Positions 38,301 through 48,325 of a stretch of 64,000 nucleotides of DNA are shown piece by piece; position 1 is the stretch's first letter; each line of letters begins with the position of its first letter. Made by a program: the position numbers and the translations under genes. The DNA is taken from IMG/VR virus record IMGVR_UViG_3300020360_000085, positions 186,520 to 250,519 of that record. One strand, written 5' to 3'. The DNA is from a virus. Its lineage: Duplodnaviria; Caudoviricetes. A model generated the notes under the pieces. It worked only from the letters and a program-made list of their open reading frames with translations. It did no database searches and was not told where the DNA came from.

Positions 38301-38617
38301 TAAACACCATTTGCATTAGATGTTAATCCCCCATCTGAGCCTGCAACAACATTTACTACATAACCAGTACCGCCAAAATTTACACCATTACCTGCACTAT
38401 AAGGTGCATAAGTTTCTGCTCTCCATTCACTTGCGGCTGAATTATATTGCAGTACCTGGCCTCCGCCTGGAGCAGATGCATTAACATTATTAATATCATT
38501 TAAATCAATGTTATTGAATATAACGTTGCCTTCAGAACCGTCAACTTGTAAGTATTTTCCTGCTGAACCGGTAAAATTTGAAGGTGTATCCGTTAATGTA
38601 ATAAAGGTGTTTGCCAT
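35342..38617 (-). CDS. Tail fibre-like protein with collagen-like segment
   Basis: GxYGN...ITVD..GRI modules, GATGPQGPQG triplets, internal duplications. Confidence 0.75.
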   Translation of the reverse strand: MANTFITLTDTPSNFTGSAGKYLQVDGSEGNVIFNNIDLNDINNVNASAPGGGQVLQYNSAASEWRAETYAPYSAGNGVNFGGTGYVVNVVAGSDGGLTSNANGVYITPIANISGSYGNATHIPAITVNDKGQVTAVTPTEITLAQASSLTADYVGNVIGTAGQITVTGGTGNNSNATLNLVATGVTAGVYGNTTHAPRITVDTYGRISSVDSVAVSGGSGSGNASLGFANIHVTGQTSVSAEKLEDDLTITGGTGISLTTDANADTITFAVNPTTAAQAMSIADLSDVDASGVTNGQVLVYNSSSGKFVAGDQTGSGGGNVTLTSFSVTTATPSGNGSLSYDNAGVFTFTPANVSSGGSYSDASVDSHLNQSNPTAGYVLSWNGSDYAWIAQTTDTDAQDLTLAGNVISLTGQSGNVDLTSLLGSVAGNYADANVDAHLNTSSATSNQVLSWNGSDYAWVADGDAQNLTWNAANTTLQITNGTSANLSALQQTLSLSANIITISGSNSTVDVGKTRFYYANQSDFPNATTYHGAIAHSHADAAMYFAHGGAWVKIPITSDITTANTNMKAYVDAEVNTLIGGANVNLDSLAEVANALANSNTELSTVAFTGNFSDVASRPTLTLANSDLTYDGTTVDLSGVGATGPQGPQGNVGNTGATGNGVTAATISGGNLILTYSNTSTQDVGSVQGPQGNVGATGAAGNDGISTSTATVNGSGNLILTLSNASTIDAGNVRGADGAVDQTISINNTSNVITISGSGSTVDLTTVLQKMRDTDTDAQDLTLAGNVISLSGQSGNVDLTTVLQTASNTSFGIAGNTGTHTFDGPTETLTFLGTSGEMNVEVATNVISYKFANTSVTPGTYGNATTTPQFTVDAVGRITNVTNVAISGGGGSGDITSVVAGTGLSGGATSGDATLDLANTAVTPGVYGSASKSAQITVDQQGRITGVSNVNISGGGGGSGATIQRFKLNYNSSGQLDTTSDKTSLIDSISIDSASGGDVTVTFDSSITYPPASIMMYGYDYANNKYLVVPLETTMGLRELAGGGSSGSPTLFNGSSTIALKLRLREAETGASRSFGTTTHAWIEFVVYD

Positions 38618-38658
38618 ACTTATCCTAAAGTGTAATAGTTATAACACTATTTATCACT

Positions 38659-39072
38659 TTATGCGGATAAAACTACCTTGGATATTTGGCCGTATGATGC
38701 ATCGTAAGTAGAGCCGTCACCAACATGCTCTCTGTCCATATAGACTCTTACGAATGTAAAGTTTCCTTGAAATGTATATGCTTCTGATCTGTTTGCAGGG
38801 TCATTGCTGTTAAATTGTACATATCCTGAAGCATTAAACTCTGTGCCTGTTGAAGATGTAGGCACAAGATCGAACCAATCTGAATCTGTAGGTGTTAATG
38901 ATAACGATGCTTGTATTCTAAGTCTGCCTACAAATTGGTTGTAAATTACCTGAACTGTATGATAACCGTCGCTATATCCATAATATGCGTCGCCTTTTAC
39001 TTCTGTACTGTATTTGTTCATAGTGGTGCCTGTTGACTCCATCATGTTAATACTTCTTCTGTTAATTGGCAT
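38659..39072 (-). CDS. Hypothetical (probable virion) protein
   Basis: ORF track; late cluster. Confidence 0.7.
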   Translation of the reverse strand: MPINRRSINMMESTGTTMNKYSTEVKGDAYYGYSDGYHTVQVIYNQFVGRLRIQASLSLTPTDSDWFDLVPTSSTGTEFNASGYVQFNSNDPANRSEAYTFQGNFTFVRVYMDREHVGDGSTYDASYGQISKVVLSA

Positions 39073-39612
39073 CTAGTTATCCTTGTTGTTTTTTAAGTAA
39101 TTTTGTATATTACTTATGTATTTATCACTTACTTCAACTATTTGTCCACTATTATCGTAATAAATATCTCCTTCTTTAATAACAGAAATACTTAAAATAT
39201 ATCTTGTTACTTCAGAATTGTTTTCTACTGTATGAAAATTTTGTGTATTAAATAACACAGCCTGGTTGTTTTCGTAAATATGTTGTAAACTAGGTTTGCT
39301 TTTGTCTCTATTGTATATTATTAATGGACTATTTCCCCAATCTCCTATTAAAGGAAAGTTAATAGCAGAATGTCTTCCGTAGTCTTTATGTATATCTAAT
39401 TTAGTAAAAGGCAACATTTCAGCAAAATAACAACCTTTAGGGGTATAACCTATCTTTATAATTTGATCATAAAGATATTCAAGAATATATTTGTTTGTTG
39501 TTCTACAATATTTGTTGTTGATGCCGGGTTCGGCTATCCACGGAGTTTTTTCTTCTTTTAATATTTTACACAGACGTTTTTGCGACCATTCTATGTCTAT
39601 GTTTTTAAACAT
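39073..39612 (-). CDS. 2OG-Fe(II) oxygenase-like protein
   Basis: IHKD (HxD), FHTV distal His, TRYILS Arg. Confidence 0.7.
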   Translation of the reverse strand: MFKNIDIEWSQKRLCKILKEEKTPWIAEPGINNKYCRTTNKYILEYLYDQIIKIGYTPKGCYFAEMLPFTKLDIHKDYGRHSAINFPLIGDWGNSPLIIYNRDKSKPSLQHIYENNQAVLFNTQNFHTVENNSEVTRYILSISVIKEGDIYYDNSGQIVEVSDKYISNIQNYLKNNKDN

Positions 39613-40295
39613 TAAGGTCTAACTATTTGAAATACATTAGATACAATGTCATCATATGCTAGTTTAATCCAAGGCTGTAAATCTTTGTATTCTTTTTCTG
39701 TCATATAGACGTAGTTGTTTCTCCAACCTGCTGTATGATTAGAATACCATTTGCAATCAGTTACTGTATCGTTCACAAAGTCATAAAAATCTCTAGAACG
39801 TTTTTTAACATCAGATGCAGATTCGCTATCATAAAATCCAACATTAGTTTCTAATTTTATGTCATATTTGTTATACCAAAACTTACCTTGATAAACTTTT
39901 TTAATTTTTATATCTGGAAGTAGCAAATTTTCTACATGTTCCCTATTAATAGGACCATGTAAATTTTCAACTGCTTGTGGGAAATTTTGTAAAAAATTGT
40001 CTAATTGATCTATACTTTTAAAAAATAATAATCTGTTTTTAGTTGTCCATTGACTTCTAACACCAAAGTAAAAAGAATCCATACACCATCTGTCTATATC
40101 ATTATGTAATTCGATATCATACTTTATACTGTTGCCTTGCAGTTCTGTTTTATACATATATTCATTATAATACTCTTTTGCAGAAGGAGTTACATCAAAA
40201 CCTTTATAGTTTGATCCTAGTACTGTAGTTTTTTCTACTTGTTCTTTTGCTCTTCTAACCCAATATGAACTCATCTTTATCCTCATTAAAGTCAA
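39612..40295 (-). CDS. Hypothetical protein
   Basis: ORF track. Confidence 0.7.
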   Translation of the reverse strand: MTLMRIKMSSYWVRRAKEQVEKTTVLGSNYKGFDVTPSAKEYYNEYMYKTELQGNSIKYDIELHNDIDRWCMDSFYFGVRSQWTTKNRLLFFKSIDQLDNFLQNFPQAVENLHGPINREHVENLLLPDIKIKKVYQGKFWYNKYDIKLETNVGFYDSESASDVKKRSRDFYDFVNDTVTDCKWYSNHTAGWRNNYVYMTEKEYKDLQPWIKLAYDDIVSNVFQIVRP

Positions 40296-42444
40296 TAGTA
40301 ATAGTAATATTTTTTAAATCCTCAAATAATATTTTTTTACTTAGTGGCTTTTTAATTTTTTCCTCAAAAACTCTTTTTAAAGGTCTTGCACCCATACTAG
40401 GCTGATATCCTTTTTCAGAAAGTTGGTTTTTAGCAACGTCTGTTACAAGCAACTTAATACCTGTTTCATTTTCATTTAGTAACTCATTTGTTTCTTTAAC
40501 TAGTCTGTCTACAATCTTTAACATAAGTTCAGGATCTAATTTATTAAATTTAACAACACCATCAAGCCTATTCCTAAATTCAGGTGTAAAGAACTTCTCA
40601 ACCGCTTTTTCTATCTCTTTGGTTTTTGCTTGATCTCCAAATCCTATTTTTAGTGTTTCAGAACTTGCGGCTCCAAGATTACTAGTCATTAGTAATACAA
40701 CATTAGTAAAGTCCACTTTTTTACCTGTGCTACCTGTAAGGTTACCGTCGTCCATAACTTGTAGTAATACTTGTAATACTTCTGGTGCGGCCTTTTCAAC
40801 TTCATCAAGTAGTAATACACAATTAGGATTTTCCTCTACTTCAGATAATAGTTGACCTTGACCCATTTTGCCTTCAGCATGTCCTACGTATCCTGGAGGA
40901 GCACCTATAAGTTTACTTACACTATGTCTCTCCTGATACTCTGACATATCAAATTTAATTAGTTTTGCTTCTAGTTCTTTTGATAATGCCCTAGCAGTTT
41001 CAGTTTTACCTGTTCCTGTAGGTCCTACAAATAGAAAACTACCTATTGGCTTATTGCCCTCTCTTAGTCCTGCTTTACTAACAAGTATTGCTTCTACAAT
41101 TTTATCTATAGCATTATCCTGCCCAAATACAGTTTGTTTAATTCTGTAATCCAGACTTTTATAACTATCAGTTTTTTCTATATCTATTACATCTACACCT
41201 ACTTTGGATATTTTACTTACAGTTTGAATTATGTCTTTTAATTCTACAATTTTATCTTCCCTTAATTTAACTGCGGCACCACTGGCATCCATAACATCTA
41301 TTGCTTTGTCTGGAAAGTATTTGTTTTTAATATAACGTTCTGATAAGTCCACAACTTTGTCTAAAACTTCATCTGAATATGCAACTTTATGAAAGTCTGA
41401 ATAATATGTTTGAAGGCCTTTTACAATTTCTTTTGTGTCTTCAACACTTGTAGGCTCAATGTCTAGTCTAGCGAACCTACGCATAAGTGCCTTATCTTTT
41501 TCAAAACTGTTTGCAAATTCGTCTGGAGTTGTGGCACCTATAGTTAAAAGTTTACCTGCACCTAGTACAGGTTTTAAAATGTTTGCCACGTCTACACTAC
41601 CTTGCCCTGTGCTACCGGCACCCATAATCATATGTATTTCATCTATAAACAAAATTGCTTCAGGAGATTTTTCCAAACCTCTTAGTAATTGCTTAACACG
41701 TTCCTCAAAGTCTCCTCTGTACCTAGTTCCTGCGAGTAGATCAGATACATTAAGACTGTAAATAACTTTGTTAAGTAATGGCTTAGGAACATCTCCCTCA
41801 ACAATTCTTTTTGCTAATCCTTCTGCTATTGCTGTTTTACCTGTTCCAGGTTCTCCAACAATAACACAATTATTTTTCTTACGTCTTGCTAAAACGTGAA
41901 CTAAATCACTTACCTCGGTATGCCTACCAATTAGAGGATCTATATTTTTAGCAGTTGCTTCTTCATTTAAGTTTTTAGTAAACTCTTTAAGAAGTTCTGC
42001 AGACTTTTTACTGTAGTCTCTTGCCTCTAAATTACTAATAATTAGATCTTCATCTATTCCATGAATATTTAAATAGTACTTTGCTTGACTTTCTTTTTCT
42101 TTAAGAATAGAAATTAATAAGTCTATAGGCAATATAGTATCTCTTCCTGTAAAAACTGCGTTTGCAAGACCACGTTGAATAACTCTTTCAACACTTACAG
42201 TTCTTTTAGGCATACCTTTAGGTCCGTTTTGTCCTTTTAACTTGCTCCATTCAGATTCTATATAAGCATCTAATGAATCAATTACAGGACCAGTGTCTAC
42301 ACCCATTTCTTTCATTAACTTTGCAATAGTTTTACTTTTTAACAACTCTATAGTAATATGCTCTATAGTCATGTATTCATGACTCTGATTAGTAGCATTA
42401 TCTAATGCTTTAGTTAAAATTGTTTCTATTGATTTATGATCCAT
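40255..42444 (-). CDS. clpA: ATP-dependent Clp protease ATPase subunit ClpA
   Basis: Clp N domain; two AAA modules [13 protein letters not shown] and [15 protein letters not shown]; no ClpB middle domain. Confidence 0.93.
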   Translation of the reverse strand: MDHKSIETILTKALDNATNQSHEYMTIEHITIELLKSKTIAKLMKEMGVDTGPVIDSLDAYIESEWSKLKGQNGPKGMPKRTVSVERVIQRGLANAVFTGRDTILPIDLLISILKEKESQAKYYLNIHGIDEDLIISNLEARDYSKKSAELLKEFTKNLNEEATAKNIDPLIGRHTEVSDLVHVLARRKKNNCVIVGEPGTGKTAIAEGLAKRIVEGDVPKPLLNKVIYSLNVSDLLAGTRYRGDFEERVKQLLRGLEKSPEAILFIDEIHMIMGAGSTGQGSVDVANILKPVLGAGKLLTIGATTPDEFANSFEKDKALMRRFARLDIEPTSVEDTKEIVKGLQTYYSDFHKVAYSDEVLDKVVDLSERYIKNKYFPDKAIDVMDASGAAVKLREDKIVELKDIIQTVSKISKVGVDVIDIEKTDSYKSLDYRIKQTVFGQDNAIDKIVEAILVSKAGLREGNKPIGSFLFVGPTGTGKTETARALSKELEAKLIKFDMSEYQERHSVSKLIGAPPGYVGHAEGKMGQGQLLSEVEENPNCVLLLDEVEKAAPEVLQVLLQVMDDGNLTGSTGKKVDFTNVVLLMTSNLGAASSETLKIGFGDQAKTKEIEKAVEKFFTPEFRNRLDGVVKFNKLDPELMLKIVDRLVKETNELLNENETGIKLLVTDVAKNQLSEKGYQPSMGARPLKRVFEEKIKKPLSKKILFEDLKNITITIDFNEDKDEFILG

Positions 42445-43243
42445 TCCAGTCCTTGTTTCTAATTTTATTTAATACTTCTAACTGCTCTTCATCCGTGATT
42501 ATTGGCGTTTGTAAGTCTACTATTAAATATAAACTTCCAACTAATCCATTATTAGGATCTACCATGCCATAATCTTTTATTCTTAGCCTAGTTCCATTTT
42601 GTGATCCATGTGGTATCATTACTTCTATTTTTTTGCCATCTACATGCTCAAAAGGCAATTTAGTACCTGTAATTGCATCTATTGTATTAACACCTATTCT
42701 GCAAAATAAATTATTACCATCTCTGCCCCAATTTTCAGGATACTCAATAAAAACTTTTATTATTAAATCTCCAGGAGGTAATTCTGTATAACGTAACGGA
42801 CCTTTACCAGATAATCTTAAATTACTTCCGTCCTTTACACCTTGTGGTATAGTTACATCTAAAGTAGCATATCCTGTATTAACAACAACATTTGTGCCTT
42901 TATATGCTTGTAACAGACTAATATTTAAGTCCATTCTGCCATCTGGATTCCTTTGTGGTTGTTGTCTCCTAATACCGCCACCAAATATTTCACTAAAAAT
43001 ATCTCCAAAAGGACTACCTTGTCCAAAAGGATCACTACCAAATTGTTCGAAAGGATTGGGATTGTCATATTGTGCTCTTTTGTCTGGATCACTTAGCACA
43101 CTATAAGCCGCCTGTATCTGTTTAAACTGTTGTTCGTCTCCTCCCTTATCAGGGTGGTGTTTCATCGCAAGTTTACGATAGGCTTTTTTAATATCCTGTT
43201 GAGAGGCATCCTTACTGACGCCCAGCATTTGGTAGTGATCCAT
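42434..43243 (-). CDS. dnaJ: DnaJ/CbpA-like co-chaperone
   Basis: J domain with HPD; G/F region; no Zn finger; start placed at MDHYQ (43243). Confidence 0.92.
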   Translation of the reverse strand: MDHYQMLGVSKDASQQDIKKAYRKLAMKHHPDKGGDEQQFKQIQAAYSVLSDPDKRAQYDNPNPFEQFGSDPFGQGSPFGDIFSEIFGGGIRRQQPQRNPDGRMDLNISLLQAYKGTNVVVNTGYATLDVTIPQGVKDGSNLRLSGKGPLRYTELPPGDLIIKVFIEYPENWGRDGNNLFCRIGVNTIDAITGTKLPFEHVDGKKIEVMIPHGSQNGTRLRIKDYGMVDPNNGLVGSLYLIVDLQTPIITDEEQLEVLNKIRNKDWNGS

Positions 43244-43249
43244 ACAGTT

Positions 43250-43277
43250 ATTATACACATAATTGACAGGATGTCAA
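43250..43277 (-). promoter_or_regulatory. sigma70-type promoter 6 nt from dnaJ ATG
   Basis: TTGACA-N16-TATAAT. Confidence 0.8.
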
Positions 43278-43709
43278 TTAATCTTTGTCTTTATTGAACT
43301 TTTTTGGTTCGAAATTATTTTTGCTTTCTGCTGAGTCTTCTTTTTTAGGCTCGTAATATTGTTGATATGCTTCTATTATTGATCTAAGTTTTACAATATG
43401 ATTTCTCATTCTAACATTATTTTTTGCAACAAGTTCCCAATCCTCATCACTATAACCAAATACTACAGGATCAATGTTTGCTTCTTTCATTTTAGCAAAT
43501 ACTTCTTCCTGATTGTCGCTTGTTATAACAATTAAGTTTACTTGCTCTAGTGTCTCAACAGGAGGTAATTGTAAGTTAAGAGGTGTACGTTCTATCTCTT
43601 TAGTAAAGATTTCTAATTGCTTTGTACTTGCACAACCACTAATAAGGAATATAGTTAGGATTGGCAATATTAGTACATTCTGCATTAATTTGCGATTTCT
43701 TAGTTGCAT
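43278..43709 (-). CDS. Putative o-spanin (lipoprotein)
   Basis: Lipobox ISGC; overlaps end of i-spanin. Confidence 0.7.
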   Translation of the reverse strand: MQLRNRKLMQNVLILPILTIFLISGCASTKQLEIFTKEIERTPLNLQLPPVETLEQVNLIVITSDNQEEVFAKMKEANIDPVVFGYSDEDWELVAKNNVRMRNHIVKLRSIIEAYQQYYEPKKEDSAESKNNFEPKKFNKDKD

Positions 43710-44124
43710 TTAACTCCTCCTCTGTAAGTGGTGAGCCTTGTGCTATCTCAAAGCACCTTGCTCTTTGTTGTTCTCTTTTACGTTCTATTCTTTCTATACT
43801 TTTAGGTTTATTTAATGCTAGGTTACCTATATCTCTTCTTTCCCCTGAAGCATTTACCTTATTAAATTTTTCTTCTGCAAGTTGTAAATCTGCTGTAAGT
43901 TTTGTATTTGTTTCTGTCAATTGTAAATTAATAGTTTGTATTTGTTCTATATCTTTTAATTGTTGTTCAATAACAGCCTGTTGCTGATCAACAGCATCAT
44001 TTAATTTTGCATTGTTTAATGTAAGGATTTCGTTTTCTGATTTCAGATGTTGAACATACCAAATGCCGCCTCCGGCGCCCATTAGCATGATAAAAAAGAG
44101 TGCTATTTTAATCTGGCTGAACAT
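43639..44124 (-). CDS. Putative i-spanin
   Basis: N-terminal TM, long coiled coil, C-terminal Cys residues. Confidence 0.72.
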   Translation of the reverse strand: MFSQIKIALFFIMLMGAGGGIWYVQHLKSENEILTLNNAKLNDAVDQQQAVIEQQLKDIEQIQTINLQLTETNTKLTADLQLAEEKFNKVNASGERRDIGNLALNKPKSIERIERKREQQRARCFEIAQGSPLTEEELNATKKSQINAECTNIANPNYIPY

Positions 44125-44335
44125 TATTGCCTACAACCTCCAGTAGTTGCGACACAGTCATTACTTCAAATGTTTCCTCTTCTGGGATAGTGATGTTAAG
44201 TTTTTCTTCTACTTGAAGTATAACATCTACTATATCAAATTCGTCACCTCCGAGATCGTCCATTAAGTGTGTATTATCCTCAATAGGCTTATCTCCGAAA
44301 TGGCTTTTTAATATTTCTATTACCTGCTCTCTCAT
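44108..44335 (-). CDS. Acyl carrier protein-like, lacking the phosphopantetheine Ser
   Basis: DDLGGDEFDIVDVILQVEE aligns to ACP EDLGADSLDTVELVMALEE with S to E; ITIPEE...TV motif. Confidence 0.85.
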   Translation of the reverse strand: MREQVIEILKSHFGDKPIEDNTHLMDDLGGDEFDIVDVILQVEEKLNITIPEEETFEVMTVSQLLEVVGNNVQPD

Positions 44336-44339
44336 GTGT

Positions 44340-45122
44340 CTAAACCATTTTTGTTACAAGAATGTCATCGTTGTTTCCAAATACGACAATATATTCTGCT
44401 ATAGGTATTGCTTTCATTTCGCCTAACATAGAGTTAAACTTTCTTAAACTGTAATTCATTTCTTTAACAGCACTTTCTGAAATACCTAAATCAGACATAA
44501 TATCTTTTGCAGGACCAAAATCAACTATTTCTAATGTTGCTATGTCCTTACTACCTCTCATGTGTAGTTTATTATCATTTATGCCTGCCTCTAGTAAACT
44601 TGACCCTTTTAAAAACTCTAATATTTTATTTGAGTTATCTTGTGCTTCTGCTTCTAGTCTTTCTGTTTCTTGCTGTTTGGCTTCTTCTGCCTTTTGAGCC
44701 TTCCAATCATCTGGACTAAGATACGATTCAGGGTCTAATTGCACAAATTTATTTAATTCTTCTGATTGTAAATCAATTAATTTTTCACTTAATAGTGTAC
44801 TAATATTCCAATCTAAATCACCACTTATATTTTCTATTTCTTTTACTAAACTTTTTATGTTATCTAATGAATTTTCGTTTCTGTCCATTTCTACAAATAC
44901 CATAAAGTAATTTTCAGGATTTGGATTAGGCGACACTTCAACATCTCTAATTTCATGAATACTATGATTTAAAAATCTATACAAGTCCTTTCCTGCTTGT
45001 TGCTCATGTATGTGAAAGCCAACAACCATAACATCTTTAGTTTCGCCTGTTTTAGGTTCAAACTCATCTACACTTATTTTTTTAAGCATAGTATTTTTTA
45101 AATCTTGTTGTCTTAGTGCCAT
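44340..45122 (-). CDS. Hypothetical phage protein
   Basis: ORF track. Confidence 0.8.
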   Translation of the reverse strand: MALRQQDLKNTMLKKISVDEFEPKTGETKDVMVVGFHIHEQQAGKDLYRFLNHSIHEIRDVEVSPNPNPENYFMVFVEMDRNENSLDNIKSLVKEIENISGDLDWNISTLLSEKLIDLQSEELNKFVQLDPESYLSPDDWKAQKAEEAKQQETERLEAEAQDNSNKILEFLKGSSLLEAGINDNKLHMRGSKDIATLEIVDFGPAKDIMSDLGISESAVKEMNYSLRKFNSMLGEMKAIPIAEYIVVFGNNDDILVTKMV

Positions 45123-45694
45123 TATAAAATTCCTGTATTAGGTACTGTTTTGTTAATACTAGATGCTTGATTTTGACTATTTAAATCTGCATCTTCCATA
45201 TCTACAAACTGACTATCAACTTCTACAACATCTGGTGTAAACTCGTCTACATAACGTCTAGGCATATCAATACTTACAACCCAAATAGGTTCTGATATAG
45301 TTTTTGGTTTGTATCTTGTAGAACCGTCGTTTCTTTTTTCTAAAGTAACATCGTCAAAAGACTGTACTTTTTTAGGTCTAATAAGTGTATCTTTATTGAA
45401 TTTGACTAAACAATCTCTAGCAATAAGTCTTTTTGCACCATCTGGATCTGGCATGTCATTGTAAGGATACATTAATTTAACATTTACAAAATGCCTTCCT
45501 AATGTGGGTCCTTCTAATATTTCACCTTTCATCCAGTTTTTAAATGCATAAAGATCTAGGCCATCTAAAGTTTTTTCGAACTCTAATAGCATATCTAACA
45601 AAGTATTAGAACTAGATATATTTTTTATGTTATCATTTAATATTTTTGCTGAAATTGTCATCTTGTCTCCTATACATCTATTTATCATATTCAT
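45122..45694 (-). CDS. Hypothetical phage protein (likely start 45663)
   Basis: ORF track; GGAG RBS before MTISAK; GATAAATA upstream. Confidence 0.75.
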   Translation of the reverse strand: MNMINRCIGDKMTISAKILNDNIKNISSSNTLLDMLLEFEKTLDGLDLYAFKNWMKGEILEGPTLGRHFVNVKLMYPYNDMPDPDGAKRLIARDCLVKFNKDTLIRPKKVQSFDDVTLEKRNDGSTRYKPKTISEPIWVVSIDMPRRYVDEFTPDVVEVDSQFVDMEDADLNSQNQASSINKTVPNTGIL

Positions 45695-45791
45695 AAAATG
45701 AGTTGTTTTAGGTTTGAACTGTAGTATTAAATATTATATGTACATATGAAGTTATTAAACAAAAGTACAGATTTAACACACAATAATTATG

Positions 45792-45826
45792 ACCGTGACG
45801 GCAGTAGTGCCTTGCACGGTTTTTTT
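45792..45826 (+). terminator. Hairpin + U tract in phoH leader
   Basis: ACCGTG/CACGGT and GGCA/TGCC stems followed by T7. Confidence 0.55.
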
Positions 45827-45846
45827 ATGGCTATAAGGAGGCTAAC

Positions 45847-46596
45847 ATGTCCAGAAAGGCTAGAAAGAAAAAATGCAACAATTATAGAAAACAAAAATTT
45901 AAAGGAGATAATTATTTGAGAGTAATAGAAGGGGGCGCCTTATTACGCAAAAGACAAAAAGATGTTAATATTGTACCACGTAATTTTCATCAAGATGACT
46001 TACTTGGTTTAATAGAAGACAAAAATATCAACATTGTGTTTGCAGTAGGTCCAGCAGGAACGGGCAAAACACTAATATCAACATTGGCAGGTATTCGTGC
46101 AATTAAACAAAACAAAATAGACAAGTTTGTGGTAACGAGACCAGCAGTATCTGTTGACGAGCAACATGGCTTTTTGCCAGGCACGTTAATGGAGAAAATG
46201 GCACCATGGACAAGACCTATATTTGATGTGTTTGAAGAATATTATACGCCAGATCAAATAGAATTTATGATAAACGACAACAAGATCGAAATTGCACCAT
46301 TGGCATACATGAGAGGAAGAACATTCAAAAACTCTTACATTATAGCAGATGAAATGCAAAATGCAACGGACAATCAAATGAAAATGTTATTAACAAGATT
46401 AGGTAATAACAGTAAAATGATTGTAACGGGCGATTTAGATCAACACGACCGAGGTTACGAAACCAATGGCTTAAAATGTTTTATGGAGAGACTTATGAAG
46501 ACACAATCTAAATTAATTAAAGCAGTTAATTTTACAAATAAAGACATAGAAAGGCATGAGGTAGTGACGGAAGTGTTACGTTTATACGAAACTTAA
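45847..46596 (+). CDS. phoH: PhoH-family ATPase
   Basis: GPAGTGKT, LAYMRGRT, ADEMQN, GDLDQHD, RH motif. Confidence 0.95.
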   Translation: MSRKARKKKCNNYRKQKFKGDNYLRVIEGGALLRKRQKDVNIVPRNFHQDDLLGLIEDKNINIVFAVGPAGTGKTLISTLAGIRAIKQNKIDKFVVTRPAVSVDEQHGFLPGTLMEKMAPWTRPIFDVFEEYYTPDQIEFMINDNKIEIAPLAYMRGRTFKNSYIIADEMQNATDNQMKMLLTRLGNNSKMIVTGDLDQHDRGYETNGLKCFMERLMKTQSKLIKAVNFTNKDIERHEVVTEVLRLYET

Positions 46597-48086
46597 TTAT
46601 TTAAATAACTACTTTTTTCATTAATATAGTTACTTATATGAGATATCTGTGGCTCTATTCCGGGGCCATTAACAGCCTCGGAAATTAACCAGTCCCAACA
46701 AGACTCATCTATAAGTCCATTTTTTCTGCAATAACTTCTAGCACGAAGTTTAAAGGCATCTGCTGACTTATTGTCTGCAAATTCATGTTTCCAAAATATT
46801 TCTGTGCCTCCACTATAATCTGATTTATGTGTTACTTCAAGTCCAAACTTTCCAGGATCTTTTACCATCATACTAGCATGTTCAGAACCATGAGTTTGTT
46901 CTTCCAAATGTAAACTGTTAATACTTATTGCGTCTACTAATTTATGTTCACAAATATGTTTCATAACTTCCATAGCATGTTCTAATGGCTCTCCAGGTAG
47001 TCCTATAATGTATGTGGATATAATATACCAATTAGGATAATGTTCCTTAATATATTTTAAAAATTCATACGCCTGTTCTTTCCTAGTATTTTTTCTAATG
47101 TTTTTACTAGCAACAGGGTGCAAAGTTTCAATACCAAAAAAGTGTCCATGAAATCCTATCTCATCAAACTTTTCTAACTGATGTTGCTTTGCCATTAGTA
47201 AATCAAATCTAGTAAAGCCACATATTTTAGGTTGGTAGTCTAAGTATCTAATTGCATTAAGTAAGTTATCTAATTTAACTTCGTCCTCATTAAAGGTGTC
47301 ATCTACACAACTAAAGTTTGTTATTCCATATTCTGTTTTTGCTTTTTGGAAAAAACTTGCTAGTGCTTCGCAAGAAGAGTCCTCAATATTTTTTGCATTT
47401 CTAAATTCAAAATTACAAAATGTACAATTAAACTTACAGCCTAATCTTGTTTCAAAATTTAAAACGTCTGTAGATTGTAAGCAATAGTCGTCATACAAAT
47501 CAGATATAATTGGTTTTTCTAGAACAGATGACGTTAAAGGTTTAATTGCTTTAAGGCCATCATAATCTTCAAAGTTAATAGCAACATCTCCATCTATCCA
47601 ATTTTCAAATAAATGTAATGCTCTACCAATAAAAATATAATCAGGTTTAAGCAAAGGCTTACCACAATCTGTTTTACCGTTCCTGGAATCGTATGCATAA
47701 CCATGATTAGGACCGCCTAATATAACAGTACAATCCAAATGTTCTTTTAAAATATTAACTGCCATACCGAAAGTCATTCGAGGATCTAAAGTTCTATTGT
47801 TAAATAATGCACTACCTAATAATAAAGGTTTTTTAATATTATTGTTTTTACACCAGTTTAAAATATCCATTGCTAAAACTTCTGGATTCCAAAAATCCAC
47901 GTAATTAATTACTGTACTAGGAATGTCTCTTTCAACAAATACTTCATGTAGGGCAAAAGGACCTAAAGGTCTAATTGCAAAAGGGCCGTTATTATTTTTT
48001 TGATTGGTGAGTTCAAAAATGATTGCACCGTCGAATGAGGCACTCATTTTAGTAAATTTTGCGTAGCATATAATCAAACGGCTCAA
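46593..48086 (-). CDS. B12-binding-type radical SAM protein
   Basis: RLGCKFNCTFC (CxxxCxxC), GGP in N-terminal domain, VDDTF, FGIET; true start probably 48047. Confidence 0.8.
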   Translation of the reverse strand: MSRLIICYAKFTKMSASFDGAIIFELTNQKNNNGPFAIRPLGPFALHEVFVERDIPSTVINYVDFWNPEVLAMDILNWCKNNNIKKPLLLGSALFNNRTLDPRMTFGMAVNILKEHLDCTVILGGPNHGYAYDSRNGKTDCGKPLLKPDYIFIGRALHLFENWIDGDVAINFEDYDGLKAIKPLTSSVLEKPIISDLYDDYCLQSTDVLNFETRLGCKFNCTFCNFEFRNAKNIEDSSCEALASFFQKAKTEYGITNFSCVDDTFNEDEVKLDNLLNAIRYLDYQPKICGFTRFDLLMAKQHQLEKFDEIGFHGHFFGIETLHPVASKNIRKNTRKEQAYEFLKYIKEHYPNWYIISTYIIGLPGEPLEHAMEVMKHICEHKLVDAISINSLHLEEQTHGSEHASMMVKDPGKFGLEVTHKSDYSGGTEIFWKHEFADNKSADAFKLRARSYCRKNGLIDESCWDWLISEAVNGPGIEPQISHISNYINEKSSYLNN

Positions 48087-48297
48087 CTGTTCTTATTTCA
48101 AAGTTTTTGCCATCTAATTCTTGTCCCTTAATATGAGTGGGAGTCTTTTTACTAACACTTTTAAGTTTAAAAACTTTTTTAGACCTAGGATGTATTTTTC
48201 TGCCGTCTATAATTTCTTCTTTGTCTTTAAACCAAACAGTTAGTTCATATTCTTCATATGCTATTTTTTTAAACCAATTGGATATATTTGTCCACAT
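48049..48297 (-). CDS. Hypothetical protein
   Basis: ORF track. Confidence 0.7.
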   Translation of the reverse strand: MWTNISNWFKKIAYEEYELTVWFKDKEEIIDGRKIHPRSKKVFKLKSVSKKTPTHIKGQELDGKNFEIRTVEPFDYMLRKIY

Positions 48298-48325
48298 AAC
48301 AAACGTATTTATCGTGTAGAATTTA

